DNA of 64,000 nucleotides, taken from positions 96,001 to 160,000 of the forward strand of contig CAXXFK010000006.1 in assembly GCA_963663965.2 (NCBI GenBank), read 5' to 3'. A program made the position numbers and the translations under genes. The notes under the pieces were generated by a model, which was not told where the DNA came from, did no database searches, and worked only from the letters and a program-made list of their open reading frames with translations. This DNA comes from Sedimentisphaerales bacterium (GTDB taxonomy: Bacteria > Planctomycetota > Phycisphaerae > Sedimentisphaerales > SM23-30). Below, in pieces: positions 49,436 to 59,219 of this stretch (positions within the stretch are counted from its first letter, which is position 1; each line of letters opens with the position of its first letter).

Positions 49436-51223
49436 ATGACCTATAACGCAGTCTGTAAAAGCATGCTTATTTCCGGCTGCATATTTACATTAAATATATC
49501 GTCGGTTTTTGGGGAGTCCACCTTTGCTCCATCCGCCGGGTGGGCGTTGGATGCCGCGCCCGCCGTTCCTGCTCCGTCGGCAGTGGACAGCAAGCCGCCG
49601 GCCGCTCCGGAGGGCTGTCAGGAAGTCAAAATGGATTTTCAAATTGCCGCCGGACCGATTAAGCCCACCTGGGATTCGATCCGTCAGCATCGCCCCGGCG
49701 CTCCCGATTGGTTCCGGCAGGCAAAGTTCGGCGTATTTGTTCACTGGGGGCCTCAGGCCTCGGGCCGTAGCGGTGACTGGTATGCCCGCAATCTTTACCG
49801 GCAAGGCCATCCGGCCTATAACAACCACCTGACGCATTTTGGGCATCCGTCAGAGTTTGGTTACAAGGATGTCCTTAACATCTGGAAGGCTCCAAAGTGG
49901 GATCCGGCGGTTTTGACACACTATTTTTATGATGCCGGAATGCGTTTCATGATGGTGGTCGGTGTTCACCATGATAACTATGACCTTTGGGATTCGGCTT
50001 ATCAGCCATGGAATTCCGTCAATGTCGGTCCCAAACAGGATATGATTGGCGGCTGGTCACGCGAAGCCCGCCAACTGGGCATGCGGTTCGGTATCACCTT
50101 TCATCATGAATACAGTTGGTGGTGGTGGGCGGATGCGTATTCGGCGGACCAAACCGGTCCGAAGGCAGGGATTCCCTATGACGGACGCCTCTTGCTTGCC
50201 GATGGCAAGGGAAAGTGGTGGGAGGGACTCGATCCCCGGCTGCTTTACAATATCTATCTGCGCGAATACTACCAGGTTGCCGAGATACCGTTTACCCGCA
50301 AAGGTGTCTTTCAGGATCATCAGGACTACGCCAAATGGTATGCCGAACGCTGGGCCCTGCGCATCATGGATGCGATTGACAAATACGATCCGGATATGGT
50401 CTATACCGACGGCAACTCTCCTGAACCGTTCAGCGGTACCCGCAGCGGTTCCGGTTTCAAATGCGATGCCGGGAGGCGGGTGGTTGCCCACTATTACAAT
50501 CGTTCACTGGCCCGGCATGGGAAGGTTGATACGCTGGCTCTGATCAAGTTTCAGGGCGGCAATCCAGCCGTTGGCTTGACCTCAGAACTGAATGTTCCGG
50601 GTGACATCAAGCGCGACCAGCCCTGGATCGGTGAGAATCCGATCGGAGACTGGTATTACGGCCCGGGATACTACTACCATGCCGTCAACCTGGTACGCAG
50701 CCTTCTGGAATACGCCTCACGGGATGGTAATTACGCGTGCGCCGTGCCGATTGATCCTGAAGGCGGACTGGAGCCCGAGTGCGTGGCCATGCTCAAAGAT
50801 ATAGGGGAGTGGATGGAGATCAACGGCGCAGGGATTTACGGCAGCACCTCCTGGAAGCGGTGGGGTGAAGGTCAGGTCATCAACGGCCGGCCGCTGGTCC
50901 ACCAGGGCCGACTCTCAAGGGCAACGGCTGAACTGCCGTTCAATACAACGGACTTCCGGTTTACTGTCGGCCGTGACGGCAGCCTGTATGTCTGGTGTAT
51001 GACCGTGCCCAAACCCGGTGAAATTCTGCGGGTCCTCTCGCTGGGTTCCGATTCCGGGCTGCTGGATCGGCCGGTCAAGATGGTAACCCTGATGGGTGGT
51101 TTGGAAGTTCAGCGTAATCAGAAAACCGATGCGCTTGAAATTACCTGTCCAGATTCCATGCCCTTCCGACATGCGGTTGGTTTCAAAGTTACATTACGGC
51201 AGAGGAATTTAGCGTTTCAATAG
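49436..51223 (+). CDS. GH29 alpha-L-fucosidase-like
   Basis: PDWFRQAKFGVFVHWG, HHDNYDLWDS, WNSVNVGPKQD, YDPDMVYTD, INGAGIYG. Confidence 0.88.
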   Translation: MTYNAVCKSMLISGCIFTLNISSVFGESTFAPSAGWALDAAPAVPAPSAVDSKPPAAPEGCQEVKMDFQIAAGPIKPTWDSIRQHRPGAPDWFRQAKFGVFVHWGPQASGRSGDWYARNLYRQGHPAYNNHLTHFGHPSEFGYKDVLNIWKAPKWDPAVLTHYFYDAGMRFMMVVGVHHDNYDLWDSAYQPWNSVNVGPKQDMIGGWSREARQLGMRFGITFHHEYSWWWWADAYSADQTGPKAGIPYDGRLLLADGKGKWWEGLDPRLLYNIYLREYYQVAEIPFTRKGVFQDHQDYAKWYAERWALRIMDAIDKYDPDMVYTDGNSPEPFSGTRSGSGFKCDAGRRVVAHYYNRSLARHGKVDTLALIKFQGGNPAVGLTSELNVPGDIKRDQPWIGENPIGDWYYGPGYYYHAVNLVRSLLEYASRDGNYACAVPIDPEGGLEPECVAMLKDIGEWMEINGAGIYGSTSWKRWGEGQVINGRPLVHQGRLSRATAELPFNTTDFRFTVGRDGSLYVWCMTVPKPGEILRVLSLGSDSGLLDRPVKMVTLMGGLEVQRNQKTDALEITCPDSMPFRHAVGFKVTLRQRNLAFQ

Positions 51224-51278
51224 GATTGAGCGCCGTTTATAATCTTGACAATAAAATTAATTAAGGCAGAGTAAAACA

Positions 51279-54200
51279 ATGAAACTACAATTTATCCAGG
51301 CGGTCCTTTTCTCGGCGGTTTTGACCGCTGTTGGCGCTGAACCTTCCCTAGAAGATATGTTCGAGAATCCCCCGATTGCGGCCCGTCCGTATGTGTGGTG
51401 GCACTGGATGGGGCCGAATTATTCAAAAGAGGGAATCACCAAGGATCTGGAGGCGATGAAGGCGGCGGGGATTGGCGGGGCGACTATTTTCAATATTGCC
51501 TCGGCAGTGCAGGAAAGCCATGCGCCTACGGAGGATAATCCTTGGCCGGAGCAGACCTATCGCAGCCCGGCGTACTGGAAGGCGCTGCGGCACGCGGCCA
51601 GGGAGGCGGAGCGGCTGGGTCTGGAGATCGGTCTGCACAACACGGCGGGTTATTCAACGACGGGCGGGCCTTGGGTGAATGAGGTACGAGGAATGCAGAA
51701 GGTGGTGTGGATGTCAACGGTTATCGAAGGCGGCAAGCCGGTTTTGATGGAACTGCCCAAGCCGGAACAGCCCAGGTATTCGGGGTGGGGCAGCACAGGG
51801 CAGGTATCGGTCTACTATCAGGATATTGGCGTGGTCGCACTGCCGTCGGGAGATGGACCGGTTAAACCGGAGACGATTGTTGACCTGACAGATCGGTTTA
51901 ACAACGGCCGTCTGGAGTGGGATGTTCCTGCGGGAAAGTGGACGGTGATTCGCTTCGGTCATGCGCCGGCAGGAACCAATCCCCACCCGCTGCCGGATGA
52001 TCTGATCGGCAAATCACTGGAGATCGACAAAATGAGCGTCGAGCAGAGTCGATTTCACTGGATGCAAGTGATTGAGCCATTTAAGGAGCATCTCGGGCCA
52101 TATTTGGGCAAGAGTTTTCGGCATTTTCTGATTGACAGTTATGAGGCGGGACACCAGAGTTGGACACCGGGTTTCCGCGAAGAGTTTAAGAAACGCAAGG
52201 GATACGATCCGCTTTTGTGGATGGCCAGCCTGACACCGTCAGTGACGGGGGTGGCAAAGGGCAAGATCGGCCGGATGGTCGGCAGCGAGGATCTGACAAA
52301 CCGGTTTGAATGGGATTACCGTGATATGCTTAATCAGCTGTATTTTGAGAACGGTTGGCAAATTGGCAAAGCGGCGATAAAATCCATCGGTTGTGATCTT
52401 CAGTTTGAGCCTTATGGAGGGCCGTTTGATACGATCGAGGGCGCTGAACTGGCGGATTTGCCCATGGGTGAGTTCTGGACCGGCGGTCGGGGCGGCATCA
52501 GTAACAAGGTCGTGGCCGGCGGGCGTGCGGCCGGGCGGACGGTGATCGGGGCCGAGGCCTTTACGGGTCGGCCTGAGGTGAGCAAATGGACGGAGACGCC
52601 GGGATTCCTGAAACTGTCGGCGGACGGCAGCTACGGAGTGGGTGTTAACCGGATGATCCTGCATCACTGGGTTCATCAGCCGTTCAGTGACAAATACCAG
52701 CCGGGAATGGGCATGGGCTGGTGGGGGACGCACTTTGGCCGTAACCAGACTTGGTTTGAACCGGGCAAGGCGTTCTTCCTTTATCTGGGGCGGGTGCAGG
52801 CAATGCTGCAGCGTGGTGAAACTCCGTCTGATTTTGTCAGTGTAGAATCCGTGCGGGGTGGGAGCGATGTTATGTCCTGGTCCGCGTTTCGTAAAGATGT
52901 CTCGGTTAAAGACGGCCAGATCGTACTGGCCAGTGGCCGAACATATCCTTTCCTGTCGATTCCGCATTCGGGAGCGATGCTGCCGTCGGATGTGCGGCGG
53001 ATTGGCGAGCTGCTGGACCAGGGTGCGGTGATTGTTTGCAGAAAGCCGTTGCGGTCTCCGAGCCTGGCGGATTACCCCAGCTGTGACAGCGAGGTGAAAC
53101 AGCTGGCCGAGCGGATCTGGAGCAGCGACAGCCGGCCGGTCCGCAGCGTCGGGAAAGGCAAACTGTATGCCTCAGGCGATGTGGAAAAGGTATTAAGGGA
53201 TTTGAAGATCAATTCCGCTTACGAGATCCGCAGTGCCGATCCCGGTGATATTCGTATTCAGCATCGAATCGATGGAAATACCGACATTTTCTTTGTGGCC
53301 AATGTCAACGATTCACGGCGGAATGCGACCGTCTCGTTTCGTGTCGCGAAACGGCGGCCGGAATTGTGGGATGCCGAAACCGGGACGATTGCTCCGGCCG
53401 GTCTCTGGCGTCAAAAGGAGGGGCGAACCGAGGTTCAGGTTGATCTGGAGGCTGCGAAGTCTGTTTTTGTTGTTTTTCGGGAGGAAAATTTGACGCAAGA
53501 CCATGCGGTTGCAATCGAACAGGCGGGGCGATCTAAGCTTCGTATTCTCTCAGCGCGGTTCGGGACAGAACAGACCGGCTTCTGGAAGGACGCCTCGGCA
53601 CGGATTCAGGAATTGGCAGCGAGAGGATGGCTGGATATCGAAGTGAACCTGTCTACATTGGCCCTGGGCGATCCGGCTCCTAACATTGTCAAGTCATTGG
53701 AAATTGACTATGATCTGGATGGAAAAAAAGGGAGCATTCTCCGTAAAGAAGGAGAAAAGATTACCCTCGGCAAACATGCGGACGGGATCCTCGAGGTAAA
53801 GGGACTCACCGACGGAGGCGTCAATCTGTTTTCTCATGAGCCGGTTACCGGAAACGTGATTTTTGCGTCCGGCAGAAAGCGGCCGTTTGAATTATCCGCT
53901 TCTCGAGAGGTAGAAATCTCCGGCATGTGGACGGTTGATTTCAATTCTCCAGTGGACAAACCGTCTTCGCAAAAAATGACGGTCTTGCGGTCATTGAGTC
54001 AAAGCGATGAGTCGTCGGTCAAATATTTCTCAGGTACGGCCGCTTATTCCAACACCTTTACCGTGGACAGAATTGCCCCGGCTGAACGGGTTTTGCTGGA
54101 TCTGGGCGACGTTTATGACATGGCCGATGTAACGGTCAACGGCATATCCCTCGGGGTGCTGTGGCATAGGCCCTTTGTTGCGGATATTACTGGTTTTGTC

Positions 54201-54548
54201 AAGGATGGCGAGAATCAGCTTCGGATTGCCGTGACCAATACCTGGCACAACCGCCTTGTGGGCGATGAACAATACCCGGCGGATTTTGAGTGGGGGCAGG
54301 ACCGCGGAGTGACTATGGGACGGGCCATGAAAGCATACCCGGAATGGTTCCTCAAGGACCAGCCCCGCCCGTCGCAGGGTCGCAAGGGTTTTGTGATCTG
54401 GTACTACCATCGGGCTGATACGCCGCTGTTACCGACGGGATTGGCCGGGCCGGTGCAGGTCCGAATTGAGGATGGGCAGGTGGTTTCACCGGCCTTGTCA
54501 GACGAGATACGAGTTTCTCATGGTTATGATGTTGATATCTGCAATTAA
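51279..54548 (+). CDS. GH106 alpha-L-rhamnosidase-like
   Basis: ARPYVWWHWM, GITKDLEAMKAAGIGG, IDSYEAG, PMGEFW, GAEAFT, NRMILH, C-terminal LDLG..VNG..GL.GPV. Confidence 0.9.
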   Translation: MKLQFIQAVLFSAVLTAVGAEPSLEDMFENPPIAARPYVWWHWMGPNYSKEGITKDLEAMKAAGIGGATIFNIASAVQESHAPTEDNPWPEQTYRSPAYWKALRHAAREAERLGLEIGLHNTAGYSTTGGPWVNEVRGMQKVVWMSTVIEGGKPVLMELPKPEQPRYSGWGSTGQVSVYYQDIGVVALPSGDGPVKPETIVDLTDRFNNGRLEWDVPAGKWTVIRFGHAPAGTNPHPLPDDLIGKSLEIDKMSVEQSRFHWMQVIEPFKEHLGPYLGKSFRHFLIDSYEAGHQSWTPGFREEFKKRKGYDPLLWMASLTPSVTGVAKGKIGRMVGSEDLTNRFEWDYRDMLNQLYFENGWQIGKAAIKSIGCDLQFEPYGGPFDTIEGAELADLPMGEFWTGGRGGISNKVVAGGRAAGRTVIGAEAFTGRPEVSKWTETPGFLKLSADGSYGVGVNRMILHHWVHQPFSDKYQPGMGMGWWGTHFGRNQTWFEPGKAFFLYLGRVQAMLQRGETPSDFVSVESVRGGSDVMSWSAFRKDVSVKDGQIVLASGRTYPFLSIPHSGAMLPSDVRRIGELLDQGAVIVCRKPLRSPSLADYPSCDSEVKQLAERIWSSDSRPVRSVGKGKLYASGDVEKVLRDLKINSAYEIRSADPGDIRIQHRIDGNTDIFFVANVNDSRRNATVSFRVAKRRPELWDAETGTIAPAGLWRQKEGRTEVQVDLEAAKSVFVVFREENLTQDHAVAIEQAGRSKLRILSARFGTEQTGFWKDASARIQELAARGWLDIEVNLSTLALGDPAPNIVKSLEIDYDLDGKKGSILRKEGEKITLGKHADGILEVKGLTDGGVNLFSHEPVTGNVIFASGRKRPFELSASREVEISGMWTVDFNSPVDKPSSQKMTVLRSLSQSDESSVKYFSGTAAYSNTFTVDRIAPAERVLLDLGDVYDMADVTVNGISLGVLWHRPFVADITGFVKDGENQLRIAVTNTWHNRLVGDEQYPADFEWGQDRGVTMGRAMKAYPEWFLKDQPRPSQGRKGFVIWYYHRADTPLLPTGLAGPVQVRIEDGQVVSPALSDEIRVSHGYDVDICN

Positions 54549-54658
54549 TCGTTTGTGCCGAACGGAACCTTGTGGCCATAGTGCACCGGATCCGCATGAA
54601 AGCAGAGATTGGTTATAACAGATCAATACATTTATCCTGGTTCAATGGAGTTGTCATA

Positions 54659-56587
54659 ATGTTGAAAAAAAGTCACATAGCTCTTCTGGTATTTACTATC
54701 GCCATTATGGCAAAAGCCGGGGATCTGCCAAAGGCGCAGGCTTTCAAACTGAGTCGAGTACGGTTACTAGATGGCCCATTCAAACGGATTCAGGAACTGC
54801 ACCGCACAGGTCTCCTGGGGGGATTGGAGCCGGATAAGCTGTTGTTTCCCTTCCGCAAGAATGCCGGACTTCCGCAGCCGTCTGGTGTGACGGGGAGCTA
54901 TGGAGGGTGGGATGATATGTTTATTCGCGGGCACTATTGCGGACATTATTTGAGTGGCGCCGCCCGCATGTATGCCGCCACGGGTGATGTTTCTTTCAGA
55001 GAGAAGGCCGACTACATTGTAACCGTCCTGGCGGAGTGTCAGGGAAAGCTTGGCAATGGGTATCTTTCGGCTTTTCCCGCCACACAGTTTGACCGGCTGG
55101 AAACGACCCCGCGAGCTTCCTCAGTCGAATATTACACCATCCACAAAATTATGGCCGGTCTGGTCGATGCGGCTGACTACTGCGACAACCAGCAGGCCAT
55201 GGAGATTGCCGCCAGGATGTCCGATTATTTTGCCGGCCGAATCGCAAAATTGTCATCTGAACAGATCGAACTCATGTTGCGAACAGATTACACCGGCAAC
55301 CCGGTCAATGAATTTGGGGGTATGGCGGAGGCCCTGAGCGATTTATACTGGCTGGCTCGAAAAAAAGGCGATCCCAACGCAAACCGGCATCTTAAGCTTG
55401 CCGCGGTCTATAACCGGGATTGGTTTATCGATCCGTTACTCCAGGGCCAGGATCGACTAAATGGTCTTCATGGCAACACCCATATCGCACAGGCTGCCGG
55501 GCTTGCCCGTTATGCTTTTGTCAGTAGCGATGTTCGCGCCGGCAAGGCCGCAGGAGCTTTCTGGAATCTTGTTGTTCAAGAGCATTCATTTGTAAATGGC
55601 GGCAATACATTTCATGAAAGGCTGCGAGCGCCGGGGATCGAGGTTACGGGATCTGGCGATTCGCTCCTTAGCCCGCTGACGGCTGAATCCTGTAACACCC
55701 ACAACATGCTGAAGCTCACCCGCACTCTCTTTGAATGCTCGCCTTTGTCTGCCTATGGGGATTATTACGAAAATGCCTTGTACAATCATATTCTTGCAAC
55801 CATAGCTCCCGATCATGGTAAGGTGATGTATTACCTGTCGTTGCGTCCCGGCGATTATAAAGTCTATATTGATGAACCGTATTGCTGCCAGGGTACAGGC
55901 ATTGAGAATGCAGCGCGTTTCGGCGAGGCGATCTATTTTTATTGTGACGATAATCTCTGGGTCAACCTGTTCATCGCTTCCACACTCGACTGGCGTGAAC
56001 AGGGTATCAAACTCCGGCTCGACACACAATATCCAGAAAATGGCCAGATCCAGCTGAGTCTGAATGCAGACAAACCCAGGCATGCAAGGCTTAATATACG
56101 CATCCCCTCCTGGCTTGAGGGTCGGGCGGAAGTGAAAATAAATGGCCAAACGGAAACTGCCGATGCTACTCCGGGCGCATTTCTATCACTGGCACGAACA
56201 TGGAAGGATGGGGATGTCGTCACCCTGGAGCTGCCGCTCGCGGTTCGTATCAGACCGAGTATGGATGATCCAACTGTGTTGTCATTGTTCTATGGCCCTG
56301 TCCTGATGGCGGGAAAACTTGGCCGGGAAGGCATGCCGACCACAGATATGGGAAGTCATATGGCACTTAATGATACTCCGCCCTGGGCAGTTCCGATGTT
56401 TGAGAGTGAAACGATGAACGATCTGAAACTGGACATTAAGCAGAATGCCAACACGCCGCTGCTGTTCAGGGCTAATATGATTGATCCCGCTGATCTGAAG
56501 CCGATGGCTGTCGAATTGGCACCATTATACCTTGTTCATCATCAACGATATGCGGTCTATTGGAAAGCAGTCAGCACAGAGCAGTAA
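54659..56587 (+). CDS. GH146/GH127 beta-L-arabinofuranosidase-like
   Basis: RGHYCGHYLS, YYTIHKIMAG, EFGGM, HGNTHI, ESCNTHNMLKL, CCQGTGIE; GGAG RBS before 54659. Confidence 0.9.
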   Translation: MLKKSHIALLVFTIAIMAKAGDLPKAQAFKLSRVRLLDGPFKRIQELHRTGLLGGLEPDKLLFPFRKNAGLPQPSGVTGSYGGWDDMFIRGHYCGHYLSGAARMYAATGDVSFREKADYIVTVLAECQGKLGNGYLSAFPATQFDRLETTPRASSVEYYTIHKIMAGLVDAADYCDNQQAMEIAARMSDYFAGRIAKLSSEQIELMLRTDYTGNPVNEFGGMAEALSDLYWLARKKGDPNANRHLKLAAVYNRDWFIDPLLQGQDRLNGLHGNTHIAQAAGLARYAFVSSDVRAGKAAGAFWNLVVQEHSFVNGGNTFHERLRAPGIEVTGSGDSLLSPLTAESCNTHNMLKLTRTLFECSPLSAYGDYYENALYNHILATIAPDHGKVMYYLSLRPGDYKVYIDEPYCCQGTGIENAARFGEAIYFYCDDNLWVNLFIASTLDWREQGIKLRLDTQYPENGQIQLSLNADKPRHARLNIRIPSWLEGRAEVKINGQTETADATPGAFLSLARTWKDGDVVTLELPLAVRIRPSMDDPTVLSLFYGPVLMAGKLGREGMPTTDMGSHMALNDTPPWAVPMFESETMNDLKLDIKQNANTPLLFRANMIDPADLKPMAVELAPLYLVHHQRYAVYWKAVSTEQ

Positions 56588-56921
56588 AAAAAACGGCGTG
56601 CCGACTTGGGGATATGCGTCATCGAGAATAATAAATAAAATTATTCGAATATTGTCAGCTTGAGTAGCCAGGCATGTTGATCCCACAGGAACAATATTGG
56701 CGTAACGTCGTTAATAGAATGTACCCAATGGGTATGAAAATTCCCGATCGCTCGCAACAAAGTAATGACTCGTAAAAGACTTCATTCACGGCCCAGCGGG
56801 CATTTTCAATCGTAAACGGCATATATGACAGGCGTTGGCCCATGAATTTTGCGAGCTCATTGTTTTTAGCGCATGATGTAAGAAGTATTAATAATGACAG
56901 CGAAAACAAGGACTAAAAGCA

Positions 56922-59036
56922 ATGGATATAAAAAAAGCAATCGAGTTAAATGAATCCTATCAAAAAATGATACCTATGCTGGTGCAGATGGGGTGCATAT
57001 CGGTTTGTCTCTGGGGGGCGGCCTTGGCCGATGTTGAGACAAGTAAGTCGCCACAAATCAGCGCGGGACTGGGGTATTATTGCATCCTGCCCAATAAAAT
57101 ACTGCTGGCCAGCATGATTCAGGCAGATAACTCCTCCGTCCTGACATGCAAATGGAGCCTATTGAGCGGTCCGGGTAGTGTTGTTTTTGAGAGGCCCAAT
57201 GATCCCATTACCTATGCCATGACAGCCGTGCCCGGCAAATATGTCTTTAAGATCACGGCGGGTATAGATCCGCATATCTCCGAGGCTCAAACAACGGTCA
57301 ATGTATATGCCCCGGGAGCATATACCGGCAATCCCATCCTGCCGGGCATGTTCCCGGATCCACATGTTTTATACGATAATGGCCAGTTTTACATTTATGC
57401 CACCTCCATGGAAAATTCCGATGGGGCTTACGGCCGTGCTTCAGTCTGGATTTCTGAAGATTTTATAAACTGGCAGATGAAACTGACCAACTGGCCAGTA
57501 TATGGAAAGTTTAACGGTGACATCTGGGCCCCGGACATCATTAAAAACGGTGACAGATATTATCAATTCATTACACGTTCAGGAGGATACGATACCTGGG
57601 TTGCCGTGGCCGAACATCCGGAAGGCCCCTGGAAGAATCTGAGAGAAAACAACACGCCGCTAGTCAGCGGCGGCGGGAATGCCGGCAGAATTGTCGCGGC
57701 CTACAACATGGATTCCAATCCATTTATTGATGATGACGGCCAAGCCTATATGTATTGGGGGTGGTCGGAGGCAATGGCGGCAAGGCTTACGCCGGATTTC
57801 AGGGATATCGATGGCCCGGTTGTCTTTTTGAAGGGAACGAAATGGTTGCCCGATGGCGGAAGTTTGCCGCAATGGCTGACAGTGGATCTTGGCGAGTCTG
57901 TGACGGTGACCCGAATCGTGACCCGCCCGGAATTTCGCCATGTAACCTATGGTTACAAGATAGAAATCTCCGACAATAACAAGGACTGGACTATCTGGGC
58001 AGATCGTACTGTCAATCCAGCCCGGAAGGCCGGCGATGGATATATCGATATCGCCGAAGGCAAGGGCCGGTATGTTCGGATCACCATGACTGCCTGTGAG
58101 GGCAACTGGGCGGGATTATATAGTTTTGATGTTTTTTCCGGTGACAAACTGGTTTCCCGGAACAAGACCACAATGGCTTCCTCGGTCCGGGGGAAGGGTT
58201 CGGAGCCGGCTAACGCGGTGGATGATTCGGACGGTCCGTATCTGTCCGATTTCGTGGAGGGGTCTTACCTGATTAAGCGTAATGGCATATATTACCTGCT
58301 CTACTCGACCGGCGCTTTGCATGACGGCAGCTATTCGGTGCATTACGCCATGGCCAAACACCCCTTGGGGCCGTTTATGACTCCGGCTGACAATATTGTG
58401 CTTGAAATGAATGAGGAAAAGACCACCAAGGGGCCGGGCCATAACTCTGTTTTGAAGTTTAACGACCAGTACTATATTGTTTATCATCAGCATAACCAGC
58501 CTCACGAGGAAGCCGGCGGGGTCTTTCGACAGACCTGCGCTGATAGAATGAAATTTAACGCGGACGGCACCATAAAAAAAGTTATTCCCACGCAAACAGG
58601 AGTCGGACCTTTGAATCCGCTGAAGGATCAGGGCGTTGATGTGGCTCGTGGCAAATATGCCCGGGCAACCGGTGTAAAAAACGGGTATTATTGTGCGGAA
58701 TACGCCCTTGATCACAACTTTGCCAGCAAATGGCGGGCTGCAGACAATACTTATCCGCAAACGCTAACGGTGGATTTAGGCGGAACTTATGATATTGGCC
58801 GCATTGAAACCAGCTTTGAATATCCCACTCTTTCCTATACGTATGCGATCGAGACTTCGCTGGAGGGTAAAAAATGGGATATCTATGCCGATAAAACCAT
58901 GGAATTCCCAATGGCAGTCAGTCCGCATATTGACACAGGTAGAGCGCAGGCAGCCTTTGTCAGAATTGTCATAAAAGGGTGTCAGCGGCCGGAAAACGGG
59001 GCGGGTATCTATACCTTGAAGGTCTTTGAGAAATAA
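56922..59036 (+). CDS. GH43 with N-terminal PKD-like, internal and C-terminal F5/8 (CBM32) domains
   Basis: GNPILPG..PDP, IWAPD, MDSNPFIDDDG, FVEG, GPGHNSV; two xVDLG modules. Confidence 0.88.
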   Translation: MDIKKAIELNESYQKMIPMLVQMGCISVCLWGAALADVETSKSPQISAGLGYYCILPNKILLASMIQADNSSVLTCKWSLLSGPGSVVFERPNDPITYAMTAVPGKYVFKITAGIDPHISEAQTTVNVYAPGAYTGNPILPGMFPDPHVLYDNGQFYIYATSMENSDGAYGRASVWISEDFINWQMKLTNWPVYGKFNGDIWAPDIIKNGDRYYQFITRSGGYDTWVAVAEHPEGPWKNLRENNTPLVSGGGNAGRIVAAYNMDSNPFIDDDGQAYMYWGWSEAMAARLTPDFRDIDGPVVFLKGTKWLPDGGSLPQWLTVDLGESVTVTRIVTRPEFRHVTYGYKIEISDNNKDWTIWADRTVNPARKAGDGYIDIAEGKGRYVRITMTACEGNWAGLYSFDVFSGDKLVSRNKTTMASSVRGKGSEPANAVDDSDGPYLSDFVEGSYLIKRNGIYYLLYSTGALHDGSYSVHYAMAKHPLGPFMTPADNIVLEMNEEKTTKGPGHNSVLKFNDQYYIVYHQHNQPHEEAGGVFRQTCADRMKFNADGTIKKVIPTQTGVGPLNPLKDQGVDVARGKYARATGVKNGYYCAEYALDHNFASKWRAADNTYPQTLTVDLGGTYDIGRIETSFEYPTLSYTYAIETSLEGKKWDIYADKTMEFPMAVSPHIDTGRAQAAFVRIVIKGCQRPENGAGIYTLKVFEK

Positions 59037-59099
59037 TGAAATGAGGCCGTTGAAGGGGTAAATTATTGTCTGAGTACGCCTAGGCTTATTGATGTTAGA

Positions 59100-59190
59100 C
59101 ACGGTTGTATCTTTCTGGCCGATCGCCTGCCGGGAAATGGCTCAACGCCGCCATTCTTCTCGCGGCTAACGAGAGAAATTCAATCGTGAA
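59100..59190 (+). repeat. Structured intergenic element, copy 2
   Basis: Homologous to 46582-46664, ends in the same CAATCGTGAA. Confidence 0.65.
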
Positions 59191-59219
59191 TATTTTTAGC
59201 ACCATAAGGAAAATAACAC

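Noticed and set aside
56655..56909. 84-aa minus-strand ORF between GH146 and GH43
   Set aside because: Opposes the operon, no recognisable domain or RBS, overlaps a hairpin
46582..59190. Integron attC sites or a small peptide explaining the repeated hairpin
   Set aside because: No RYYYAAC/GTTRRRY ends and no IntI recognised. Reading frames (GKWxNAAILL or GNG.T.PFFSR..QS) lack a shared start and upstream conservation, though a coding remnant is not fully excluded
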